A stretch of 63,636 bases of DNA, counting the filler, from Thraustochytrium aureum (Eukaryota), in assembly GCA_012862495.1 (NCBI GenBank). It is 6 parts of 4 records of this genome, joined end to end, with 100 filler letters (N's around TTAATTAATTAA, not from the genome) between each part and the next. Parts side by side here need not be neighbours in the genome. Positions count along the whole stretch, not along the records: positions 1 to 27,720 come from BLSG01000138.1; positions 27,821 to 32,231 come from BLSG01000139.1; positions 32,332 to 49,340 come from BLSG01000139.1; 3 more parts are not named here. The stretch is one strand, 5' to 3'. The position numbers were made by a program, and so were the translations under genes. A model generated the notes under the pieces. The model was not told the origin of the DNA, did no database searches, and saw nothing but the letters and a program-made list of their open reading frames with translations. Numbering within the stretch: position 1 is the first letter of the stretch; each line of letters opens with the position of its first letter. Positions 24,142 through 34,982 of this stretch are shown here, in pieces.

Positions 24142-24430
24142 CCTCCCTGCTGCAGGTTCCCCCAAGTCCCCTCTGTTTGCTGCTTGCGTCCTCCCTGCTG
24201 CAGGTTCCCCCACGTCCCTCTGTTTGCTGCTTGTGCCTCCCTGCTGCAGGTTCCCCCACGTCTCTCTGATTGCTGCTTGCGCCTCCCTGCTGCAGGTTCC
24301 CCCAGTCTCTCTTTTTGGGTGGTGCCTCCCTGCGGCGGGTTCCCCAAGTGTATTTTAGTTTGCTGTGGTACCTCCCTGCGGCGGGTTCTCTCTGTCCTCT
24401 TGGCCTTTGACCCTCCCTGCTGCGGGTTCC
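24142..24430. repeat. Minisatellite, 7 units of 41-48 bp with conserved core CCTCCCTGCTGCAGGTTCC
   Basis: Core starts at 24142, 24190, 24236, 24282, 24325, 24371 and 24412. Confidence 0.9.
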
Positions 24431-25506
24431 GCAGAGTGCTTCGGCTGGTATACAGGCTGGTCACAGTTACTCCTGCGTTAGGTTTCCCCCCCCCCTGCCG
24501 GTCGTGCTGCTGCTTGCTTTCTCCTGCTTGTCGCTGTTGCCTCGCTTTCAGGAGCGGAGATCCACTTGCTCGCTCGCTGCTCCTCACATGCGGGCCCTCC
24601 CTGCGTCCATGTCCCGGACTTTGCCTCGACAGTACCAGCACACTGGGAGGCCGCGCTGCGTTCTTCTCACAGTTTCACAACAAACGTGTACTGTTTTCAG
24701 AGCTAGCTAGCTGCTTTTATAAAATAATTCCTGAGCCTCACTGTGAGGAACGGAAATCTCAAACGCAACGAACGCCGATCTCCGCCTCTGCTCCGGCGCA
24801 TTCAAGACTCACCAAGCTAGGCTGTGGTGGAGCGCGGCGCTGTACGTGCTCCGTACCCCCCGATGCGTACCCCCATTCAGACGTGCTCTGTACCCCCTTC
24901 TTGCGTGCCCCCATCCTGTTGTTGCGCCGAGTCTTGGTTTGCTCGAAAGATCCTCTTTGTGTGGCGTTTGTTGCTGGAACGGAAGTTCTTGCAGGTTACC
25001 GTTTCGCTCAGTAGCGAAAGGACTCGCTGGCCTTGCGGGCTGGTTGGACCGGGCAGCTGCGAAAGGGTCGTTGGCCGCCACGGGACACGACAACGCGACG
25101 GCGTCTGCATACATGCTCTTGCCGTCCAGAGCAACGCTTTGGTTTGTTTGGGATTGCAGCACTTGAGACAAGCCACGCATGTTAGCAGACCACGTGGGTA
25201 ATGGCCGAATTGACCCCTTGTCGATACGCGCCAGGGAATTGTCGAGGCCGGCGGGCGGGCCTCGCTCTTCTGGGTTGGTAACGTGCAGCTCGGCGAGCCC
25301 AATCTGGTCGTCCTAATCAACAGAACTGCAAACAGCGCGACGAGGATCACGCGCGGCGCTGTCGAGCAGAGCCGAGACGCGCCAACAACGAACAATCGCC
25401 AGCGAAGGCGGACCTGTGGCCACAACAACACCGTTCAGTAGGAGCGCAGAACTCTGCGCAGACTGGACGTTGCCCTGCCCGCTTGGGGTGGCGCTGAGCG
25501 GCAAGG

Positions 25507-27720
25507 ATGAGGCGCTGCTGCAAAGCCCTCGGTGTTCTCGTTGTCGCCGCTCTGTGCGGCATTGTGCTTTACGTCGCGCCCTACAACAGCCGCGTTGAGG
25601 CCGCGGAGAAGAAAACAAACAAAGCTGCAGAAGGCGGCACTGCGGCCTTGTCGCAGACAGCGTTTCCAACGCGCCAGCCCACTCGCCCCCCACAGACCGC
25701 CAGCCCAACGCTCTTGGACGAGTACACATTATCTCTTGCCGTACGCTTTGCGCGGGCAAACTACAGCACAGTGGTAGAAACGGAGTTCTTTATTTGGAAC
25801 CTCCGCGACGTTCTCGCGTTAGCCTTTGGCACGCACTGGTCAAAAGTGCTTATTCACCAAGTTCGCCCCGGAAGCATCATTGTTGATGTCGATATTACCG
25901 AGCACAAACAATTGTTCGACTCTGAGAGCTTCTGGCTCTCCATGTTTCAAGCCGTCGACTACAGCCCGCTCGTCAAGGATGTCTTGGGAATTCGCGACCC
26001 ACGTGTCAACGAAACCCAGGGCGCCAAGGACATCGAGGTGAATTGGACCACGACGTCAAACCTAGGCCCTAGTGAACCATCGCTCGGCCCCACGACGAGC
26101 CCCTCGCATCGGCCAAGTCGCTCGCCTTCAACAAGACCATCAAGAGACCCAACACGAGCGCCGACTGAAGCCCCTAGCCCTTCGCCAACGGCTTCGCCAT
26201 CGACGACCCCAACAGACTCTCCAAGCGAGTCACCAACAAGATCGCCATCCGCGGCGCCGTCAACGTCCCCGTCGGCGTCGCCGAGTTTTGGCCCAACGCA
26301 GTCCCCGTCCAAAGCACCTTCGCAGACGCCAACACGGCAACCTACAACCTCGCCGAGCAAGTCGCCAACAAAACCCCCGACAGGGTCGCCAACTCGGTCT
26401 CCGACAGCATCACCGACTCTGTCGCCATCGCAAACTCCGACGTCAAGCCCCTCGACGAACCCGACGTCAAGCCCAACAGCGAGCCCAACGCCAAGCCCAT
26501 CAGCGAGTCCAACGCCAAGCCCATCAGCGAGTCCGTCAACCAGCCCGTCTACAAGCCCGTCTACAAGCCCGTCTACAAGCCCCTCGACGAACCCGACGTC
26601 AAGCCCGTCTACAAGCCCGTCTACAAGCCCGTCAACCAGCCCGTCTACAAGCCCGTCTACAAGCCCAACCGCGACCCCAACCGAGTCTCCAACTTCAACG
26701 CCAACAGCAAGCCCCTCGGGGAGCCCGACCGAAGCCCCAACATCGTCGCCAACAGCAGACCCGACAGCAACGCCAACGACAAGTCCGTCAGCAAATCCAA
26801 CCAACGCTCCATCATCGTCGCCAACAACCTCACCCTCGCTTGGGCCAACGCACTCACCAACAGCTAGCCCATCGCAAAGTCCAACATTGGCTCCGACCGA
26901 GATGCCATCGATCTCGCCAACCGGGAGCCCTTCCCAATCTCCTTCAGCGGCCCCAAGCAAGTCACCAAGCATGTCGCCGACGATGAGCCCCAACGCGTTC
27001 GTGCCGGAGCGAGGCTTTGTGGTGGAGTGGGTCACAGTCGACGAGGACTTTGCCTTTGAGTTTCGCTTGCGAGTCGAAGGAATCAACGAGAACGCTTGGA
27101 CCAACGTGTTTCACCTCGGTGACACCAACTATCCTCGAATTGCGTCCGTGTTTATCCCGCCAGGGTCGAGCTCGCTCGCGTTTCGTGTCGCAAGCACGAC
27201 GGCGGCAAACATGGAGTGCAACCCGCCAGGTCAGCTTATGGTGGGCAGGCAATACGATGTCTTGCTCAAGGTTTTTGGTGGGGTGGCCAAAGTCTTTTAC
27301 AACAGCATCGAGGTTTGCTCTGTGGTCATGATGGGTCAGCCAGGAACAGGCCCGCTGGCCGAACCACTATATGTCTCAAGCCCAGACTATGACGCTGCGA
27401 ATGTCACTGTTCTGAACCTTGTGTATCGCAACGAGACTGTGGGCTTTCCGACGGGTGTGCCAGCCGCTCAGCCCACCGGCGCTCCCTCAGTAAGTCCCAC
27501 ATCACGTCCGTCGCTTTCTCCTGTTTCAATTGAAACTCCTGACAAAGTTCAATACCCCACAGTAAGCCCGACGATATGGGGAGGCGAGGTCATCTTTCCT
27601 GGCAGCCCGACGCCGATTCCGACAGTGGCGCCGAGCATGAGTCCAAGTGCCAGCCCAACTGGGTCGCCATCAAGCAGCCCGAGTGAATTGCCGTCGATAA
27701 GCCCGAGTGAGTCGCCATCA
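25507..27720 (+). CDS. Mucin-like cell-surface protein: signal anchor, SEA-like domain, long S/P/T (xSPT/SPS) repeat stalk, beta-sandwich (LamG/ConA-like) domain; 3' truncated
   Basis: Hydrophobic ALGVLVVAALCGIVLYV, then VRPGSIIVDV, about 300 aa of PTxSP/STSP repeats, and a beta-rich globular segment (WTNVFHLG...KVFYNSIEVC). Runs into the scaffold end. Confidence 0.8.
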
Positions 27721-27820
27721 NNNNNNNNNNNNNNNNNNNNNNNNNNNNNNNNNNNNNNNNNNNNTTAATTAATTAANNNNNNNNNNNNNNNNNNNNNNNN
27801 NNNNNNNNNNNNNNNNNNNN
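27721..27820. other. Artificial scaffold linker (44N-TTAATTAATTAA-44N)
   Basis: Six-frame stop sequence flanked by exactly 44 N on each side. Confidence 0.98.
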
Positions 27821-27821
27821 G

Positions 27822-28022
27822 TGCGGTGACCTTGGCAAGATTGCGCCCACTCCGGGGATTCTGTGGTTGCTCGCTCTTTCGCAGAGCCTGCCGGCGCTAG
27901 CGTTCGGGGTCGTTTTCGCGCGTCCGGCCTTGAAGCGGTTGCAATCGCAGCGGTTTCGCTCTGTCAGCCCGCAAACTGCAGGTAGCGCCAACTCCACGCT
28001 CACGTCGTCTGGGAATTCTTGA
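27822..28022 (+). CDS. 3' end of a second Frizzled/Smoothened-like receptor paralogue
   Basis: Translates as CGDLGKIAPTPGILWLLALSQSLPALAFGVVFARPALKRL...GNS*, aligning with CGRLREIAPAPGMLWLLALSQSIPALAFGCVFARPALQQL at 31567-31690. Not in the ORF track. Confidence 0.85.
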   Translation, partial: CGDLGKIAPTPGILWLLALSQSLPALAFGVVFARPALKRLQSQRFRSVSPQTAGSANSTLTSSGNS

Positions 28023-28199
28023 CGGCTCGGCCGCTGCGTCAAACTTTCTCGACAGCAAGGTTTCAATGTTAGACCAAATCATGCTTCTCAGCCATTTCGT
28101 TGCCATTCTTCACACGTTGCACTTCTTGCCTTGCGACGAGCGGACGTGCTTGGGACCGATCTTTGAGGCGATGCTGCGGGGACTCGCTTGAAGTCAACC

Positions 28200-28346
28200 A
28201 CCAGCCGCGCCACGTCTGCAAGACTTGCTCAACGTCGACATTTCGAAAAACAACAAACATGCAGCTAACGCGTCGCTCTCCGGCAAGGCCTTCCTACCCG
28301 TCGTGATGGAGGCCTCTGGTGGCTGGGCACACAGGCTTCAACTGTA
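28200..28346 (+). mobile_element. Possible relic of an RLE-type non-LTR retrotransposon endonuclease C-terminus
   Basis: KNNKHAANASLSGKAFLPVVMEASGGW resembles the KxxKY...FxPxVxExxGGW motif of restriction-like endonucleases. The fragment is short and frame-broken. Confidence 0.4.
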
Positions 28347-29640
28347 AGTAGAGTACCCAGGNNNNNNNNNNNNNNNNNNNNNNNNNNNNNNNNNNNNNNN
28401 NNNNNNNNNNNNNNNNNNNNNNNNNNNNNNNNNNNNNNNNNNNNNNNNNNNNNNNNNNNNNNNNNNNNNNNNNNNNNNNNNNNNNNNNNNNNNNNNNNNN
28501 NNNNNNNNNNNNNNNNNNNNNNNNNNNNNNNNNNNNNNNNNNNNNNNNNNNNNNNNNNNNNNNNNNNNNNNNNNNNNNNNNNNNNNNNNNNNNNNNNNNN
28601 NNNNNNNNNNNNNNNNNNNNNNNNNNNNNNNNNNNNNNNNNNNNNNNNNNNNNNNNNNNNNNNNNNNNNNNNNNNNNNNNNNNNNNNNNNNNTACTCAGT
28701 TATCTCCGACTGCTCCACCAAGCGGTCCTTGGTGCAACTATTTCTGTCCGACATGGACGTTTCGAGCGAACATCGCAAGGCTCTTCGCCATCTTCACAAC
28801 AGGCTTTTGGTTGTCAGTCTGGTTCTGGACTGGGGATTCTTCAGCACGCGGCCTCCGTCGCGCGCAGAGATGTCCCGTCAGTGACGGCCGAACGAGGCAG
28901 CAGAACTCCTAGACTTTCCCGTAGTTAACCCGTAACACCACGGAGAGTCGACATTTCGAGTCGCCCGAAGGAAACGAGGTGGGCCAGCAACGGCCGAGCG
29001 CGCCATCTTCGCTCGCGACCGTTTGTCAGCACCCTTGAGAGGTTCGTTCACCTGGAACGTTCACGTTTTACAGGCCCTCTCCTCTTTGCCACAAGCCGCC
29101 AAGGCGCTGGAATCGCCAACCGAAGGGCTTTCTTTGACAAAGGCGACACCATTGAGCGTCCGCGACATTGGGGAAGCCCAGAGGTGCTAGAGTAGAGTTT
29201 ACCGTTTCTACTCAGACCTGTGTTTCACGCCGGTCGCGGAGAGAATTTTGGCGGCATTGGGCCACCCCAGACAGTGGCGAGAGCGACCAGAACATCGGAT
29301 GTCCACCGCCGCAACTTTGAGCACAGGCAACGTTGAACGATGGAGCGGTGCGAGCAAAACCGGCATCATGTCGGGCGTTGTCTTCCTCTGCAGGCTGTCC
29401 GTTAGAGGGGCTGCCCGTGCCAGCTCTACTAGTTGCTAGAAGTGGCAATACTCTACCCGAGGGGGACTTTCACCAGGTGACCTTCAGAACGGCGCAGACC
29501 CGATCTTCAACAGTAGACCGGCAACTTGCAGAGCAAAAGGAACGCTGCTACACAGCCGCGAACGACAGAGACCAGACGACCTCGTGGTTGGCGTTCACAA
29601 CGAGCGCAGTGCAGCGGAGCACAAGGAGCAAATCTGAGAT

Positions 29641-31762
29641 ATGGCTCGACTTCTTGCAGTGTTTGCCCTAGCGCTGAGCTTGGCGCGACAAACAGACGCG
29701 CAGTTTGAATTGGTGAGCCACACGGACGGCTCCTGCTTCGAGTACCCGACTGGAGCATTCTGCAGCGGGATAGGGCTGGCTGGCAAGAGCGTTTTCCGCT
29801 TCGGTTCTGACGACCGCACGGTCAGTGAGTATGTGCAAGAACGAGGCGCCACCATGGCGACGTATTTCGATTTGCTAGAGACCGCCGCCCAGTCAATGAC
29901 AGGACCGGAATGCGTGGCGACATATCGTCTGCTGGGATGCTACGCGTGGTTCCCGCCGTGCGATAATCTCGAGCGACCCGTCAGGCCGTGCGTGGACGGC
30001 TGTCGCGAGCTCATGACGCTATGCAGGGCGGCGTTTGATGTAGCGAAGGACTCCAATTTCGGCCACATGATTCCCACGTGCGAGGACGCGGTCGGCAGCT
30101 CGAAATCGAAAACGAACGGATGGTTCGTGGACTACATGGCCTCGTGGAAGGACCAGGCCCAGTTTGTGCCAGAGACCTACGAGGACGAGGTGGGAGGCGC
30201 CACTGTTCAGCTGCAGTGCGCCTCGACTGATGGGCTTGACTTCACCGCCGAGTGCAAAGAGGAGCTCTGCCGTGTGCCGATGATCAACGTGCGCTACCCA
30301 AAGCGGGCGGAGCCGGGCAATGNNNNNNNNNNNNNNNNNNNNNNNNNNNNNNNNNNNNNNNNNNNNNNNNNNNNNNNNNNNNNNNNNNNNNNNNNNNNNN
30401 NNNNNNNNNNNNNNNNNNNNNNNNNNNNNNNNNNNNNNNNNNNNNNNNNNNNNNNNNNNNNNNNNNNNNNNNNNNNNNNNNNNNNNNNNNNNNNNNNNNN
30501 NNNNNNNNNNNNNNNNNNNNNNNNNNNNNNNNNNNNNNNNNNNNNNNNNNNNNNNNNNNNNNNNNNNNNNNNNNNNNNNNNNNNNNNNNNNNNNNNNNNN
30601 NNNNNNNNNNNNNNNNNNNNNNNNNNNNNNNNNNNNNNNNNNNNNNNNNNNNNNNNNNNNNNNNNNNNNNNNNNNNNNNNNNNNNNNNNNNNNNNNNNNN
30701 NNNNNNNNNNNNNNNNNNNNNNNNNNNNNNNNNNNNNNNNNNNNNNNNNNNNNNNNNNNNNNNNNNNNNNNNNNNNNNNNNNNNNNNNNNNNNNNNNNNN
30801 NNNNNNNNNNNNNNNNNNNNNNNNNNNNNNNNNNNNNNNNNNNNNNNNNNNNNNNNNNNNNNNNNNNNNNNNNNNNNNNNNNNNNNNNNNNNNNNNNNNN
30901 NNNNNNNNNNNNNNNNNNNNNNNNNNNNNNNNNNNNNNNNNNNNNNNNNNNNNNNNNNNNNNNNNNNNNNNNNNNNNNNNNNNNNNNNNNNNNNNNNNNN
31001 NNNNNNNNNNNNNNNNNNNNNNNNNNNNNNNNNNNNNNNNNNNNNNNNNNNNNNNNNNNNATTTTCGCAGCGGATCCGCTGTATCACTCGAGTTGGCCGT
31101 ACAGACTCGCGCTTGGAGCGGATACCACAGGTTTCGTTTCGCTGTATCACCCGAACAACATCCGGAGCCAGTACGCGTGCCAGGTCTGGCTCGATTCAGC
31201 CGCCATGGAGTACGCACTGATCAGTGCGCCGCTCTTGCTTGCTGGGGCACTCTCAGCTGGTCTTTCAACTTCTTTGGTCGCGCTCGTCGGGAAAATGTCG
31301 CGCTCAACCACAGCCAAAGACGGGGTCGCGCCCAAAAGTGGCTCGAAGATATACCGACTCGCGGTCAACATGCTGCGCTTCGCGTTCGTGACCATTCTCT
31401 TGGTCCTTCTCAACTTTGCAGCAACCGCCGCGTATATGCCAAAAGCCGAGCAGTTTGGAGAGCAAATGGATGGTTGGGCTACCTGCCTCGCGACGGGGGT
31501 TAATTTGAACTCGGGCTCAAGTGAACTTACAGGCGCCAACGCAACGCTTGAAGAAAACTTGAAGCTGTGCGGAAGGCTCCGTGAGATCGCGCCAGCTCCG
31601 GGAATGTTGTGGCTGCTCGCGCTCTCGCAGAGCATTCCGGCGTTGGCATTTGGGTGCGTTTTCGCGCGCCCGGCCCTCCAGCAACTGCGGTCGCGGCACC
31701 GTCGCTACATAAAACCAGTCGAAGGCAGCTCCGGCAGCTCTCCTGGCAGCAGGAGCAATTGA
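29641..31762 (+). CDS. Frizzled/Smoothened-like (class F) GPCR: signal peptide + Fz cysteine-rich domain + multi-TM region (middle in gap)
   Basis: Signal peptide MARLLAVFALALSLA. CRD pattern C-x8-C...ECVATYRLLGCYAWFPPC...RPCVDGCRELMTLC...PTC...C. After the gap: ECL2-like Cys (YACQVWL), TM5-like YALISAPLLL, KIYRLAVNMLRFAFV TM6-like, WATC...C-x6-P, then a TM7-like helix. Confidence 0.8.
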
Positions 31763-32231
31763 AACGGCTTGTAGCTGCTCTGTGCTCCGGAGCTGTGCTC
31801 TGGAGCTCTCCTCAGCACCAGTTCCACGCCTTGAAGCACTGCGCAGGTGCAGTCTGTCAACGGATACCACTACGTAACGGTAACTTGTAGAGAGGGAGAC
31901 AACCACTTGTGTTTCGGAGAACGAGTCGCTCACGAGTGGGCTGAGCAGCGGCACGAACGCTCTCTACAGCAGAGTACCGGTAGCGTTTTCAAGCGTTCCT
32001 TGTGCCACGGGAAGAGTTTCAAGCAGACCGATCCACATGGTTCGGCAGACCTTCAACGAGCAACTGGAGTTTGCAGTACAGTTTTAGGGTCGCGGTCGGC
32101 AGTGGACTCCAGCTCCAAGCGCGTCGCGGCAGTGGTTCAAGGAGTGCACATTCAGCCCGGCGCCGAAGATGGTTCGCAGCACCCGCCTCTTCGCAGCGGT
32201 TGCGATTGCGCTAGGCTTGGCGCCAGGTACA

Positions 32232-32331
32232 NNNNNNNNNNNNNNNNNNNNNNNNNNNNNNNNNNNNNNNNNNNNTTAATTAATTAANNNNNNNNNNNNN
32301 NNNNNNNNNNNNNNNNNNNNNNNNNNNNNNN
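32232..32331. other. Artificial scaffold linker
   Basis: 44N-TTAATTAATTAA-44N. Confidence 0.98.
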
Positions 32332-33300
32332 ATCAAGACGCTGCTCTTCGCTGGCCATGATACGACAGCCAGTGGCACGGTAAGTGAGGCGTTTCGGGGT
32401 CGGATTACCATATTGCCACTGCAGCGCACTAACGCTCGACGGTCTTCGATCGACTGCGAAGACTTGGTTCCTGTACCTGCTAGCCAAACACCCAGAGGTG
32501 GCGGCCAAGATCCGCGCCGAAGCAGAGGAGAGCCTTGGGGACATGTCCTCGGCGCCAGACCTCGACAAGCTCGAAAAGATGCAGTTCTTGAACGCGTGTA
32601 TGCTCGAGGTACTTCGGCTCTACCCCTCTGCGGCGTTCACCCGCGCGGCCAAGCGCGACATCGCGCTTGCTGGGGGCAAGTATATCGTGCCGCAGGGCAC
32701 CGAAGTTCTTGTGTTCCCGTACTTTATCCACCGCGACCCCCGCAACTTTGACCGCCCGAACGAGTTTTTGCCGGAGCGCTGGATGACGGACAAAACGGGT
32801 TCGGAGCAGCTAACCTTGCAAGCGCAGCTGGCGCGCGAGACTCTCTCGAAGGCTTACCTTCCTGTACGTTTTCGCACGTTTGCCTTGCGCGCCAACACGT
32901 TTCTTGCTGGCTGGTTCCTTGCTCTAGTGATCAAGAAGGATGCGGCGCCTAACCGATTTGCTTGGGGCCCGTTCAACGAGCACAGTTTAGCCTCGGCAAG
33001 CGCAACTGTGCCGGACGCGCGCTGGCGCTTGTGGAGATGCGGGTTATTGTTCTGCAGGTGCTGCGGGACTACGACGTCCAACTCCCAACGGCTGAGGAGA
33101 TCAGCAAGGCCAAAACGCCCGAGTTCCAGGACTGGCCCAGCATGAGCCTTACCCTCAACCCCACGTAAGTCGACCCAGTCGCACGCGAAAAACGCGAGTT
33201 GTCTTGGCCAAAGCCTGGCTAACCAGTGTGTGTTTGTGTGTTCGCGTCGAGCTGCAGTGGCATCAACCTCGCGTATGTGCTCCGGGCCCCGTCGCAGTGA
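32332..33300 (+). CDS. Cytochrome P450, C-terminal half (4 exons visible)
   Basis: I-helix FAGHDTT, K-helix EVLR, PERW and haem motif FSLGKRNCAG. Introns 32380-32461, 32864-32985 and 33165-33257 restore the frame. Stop TGA at 33298-33300. Confidence 0.93.
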
Positions 33301-33701
33301 CCACGGGTCCACGGGTGCACAGGCAAAGCGGCCGGCGTTCGCAAGTAGGGTATTTGGCTCCTGAAATCGAAATTCTTACTGGTTTCCTTCTCCTTGCACT
33401 GCAGGAGCCGAACAAGTCCGACAGGCCGGGTTTGGCCAAGTTGCTACGTAGAGTACTTGATCAAGAACGGCGAGAGCGGCCCTTTCAGGCTGTTGATGAA
33501 ATTCTCGCGCCACAAGTCCCTCGCGTGCTCAAACGCGGCCCAACGACACGAATGTACACCAGAGAAGCAAGCACAATCCAGGCAGCAGCTCGAACTCGGC
33601 GAAAGAAGCCGCATAGGCAATTGCGCGCAGACCTACGCTTTTCTTCAGCAAAGCGCATTCGAGCTCAACTCGGGAACGATCGATGCAGCCGTGGAGCGGC
33701 A

Positions 33702-34529
33702 TCACCGTGACAGGTTGAGCAAGGCAAAGCAGAAAAACGTGAACGACCCGGTGAAGGCCACGGTACGCTGAGAGATCTTGGTTCCAAGGTACCGACCGCC
33801 AAAGACGGCCAGTGCTGTGCAGATGGTGTGCCCCACGCACCCGCCAAGGACCACGCCGATCGGGTCGTTGTGAGCAGCGAGCGTGATTGTCGCAATCTGC
33901 GAGCGGTCACCCCACTCTGCCAAAAAGGTGAGAACGCAAGACTCAATGAAAACTGGGGTCAGTACGCGTCCCAGCGCTGCGCGCAGCTGCGAACGCGGCT
34001 TCCTGTCATTCTCCAAGGTCTTTTGGACCTCCTCAAACTCCTCCTCGAGCTCCTCGTCGGACGAGTGGTACCCAATCCACAACAGCCGGAAGCCAAAGAA
34101 AAAGTACATGAACGTCGCGATCTTGTGGGTCACATCGGGCGAGATGAGCTTGGGCATCACAAAGCCAAGAGCAGCCGACAACACAGTCATCACGTAAAGT
34201 GCAGCAAGCGCACCTCCGAGCACTGGCAAACGGGCCGACTTCATGCTTAGGATGGCGGCAATGATAAACGTCTCGTCGCCAATCTCCGACACGATGATCA
34301 TCGCGAATGATCGCAACGTGGCTTCCACAAACGTGCCCTGTTCTTCGCTGTCGCCGTCCAAGGCTACAGTGCCAGCAACGCCCAGGCCGTCACCGCGCAG
34401 GCGCTGGCTGTTTTGGAGTTGATCCGAGCTCTTGTCAACGTCGTACGGGTCGCCGAGTCCAGCTGCGGCTGCAGAGGCGCAGCCCAGCACGGCGGCAAGG
34501 GCCAGAAAGGCCATCGCTGTGCGCCCCAT
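33702..34529 (-). CDS. GDT1: GDT1/TMEM165 (UPF0016) Ca2+/Mn2+:H+ antiporter
   Basis: Signal peptide, motifs SEIGDETF and AEWGDRSQ, an acidic central loop and six hydrophobic helices. Confidence 0.93.
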   Translation of the reverse strand: MGRTAMAFLALAAVLGCASAAAAGLGDPYDVDKSSDQLQNSQRLRGDGLGVAGTVALDGDSEEQGTFVEATLRSFAMIIVSEIGDETFIIAAILSMKSARLPVLGGALAALYVMTVLSAALGFVMPKLISPDVTHKIATFMYFFFGFRLLWIGYHSSDEELEEEFEEVQKTLENDRKPRSQLRAALGRVLTPVFIESCVLTFLAEWGDRSQIATITLAAHNDPIGVVLGGCVGHTICTALAVFGGRYLGTKISQRTVAFTGSFTFFCFALLNLSR

Positions 34530-34982
34530 TGCAACCGCGGTGTGTCTCGCGTGCGTTCGGGTGCGAGCGAGCAGCTGCGCTAGCGGGACGGGTTGGCCCG
34601 GACGTGCCTCTCGCGCTTGCCTCTCGAGGTCCGCGGCGCGTGGGCCCTGCTGCGCGCGAGCGTTGGTGGAGGCAGCTTTGCTGGCCTCGAGGTCGTTCTG
34701 GTGTGTGGCGCTCGCTTTGGCTCCTGCCTGTGCTGCACCGTGAGGAGGTCGGCTCCAAGAAAGAGAGGGCAAAGTCGGGGCGGAGGTTGGCCACTCAACC
34801 AACTCTTGTACTTTGGTCAACTTGTGGCTGCAACATGCAAGACAGTTTCTTGAAAGTCAAGAGCTGTTCAATTCTTCTAAACTGAACTGAACTGAGACGG
34901 AGCGAGTGCAGTGCGCCGTGTGCCAGTCCCGCCCGTCTTTAGCGAGCATGCCTGGAGCTCGTCTGGCCTGCGAGGCGCGGAC

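Noticed and set aside
24142..24430. CRISPR array
   Set aside because: The spacers are homologous to one another, the context is eukaryotic and there are no cas genes. It is a minisatellite.
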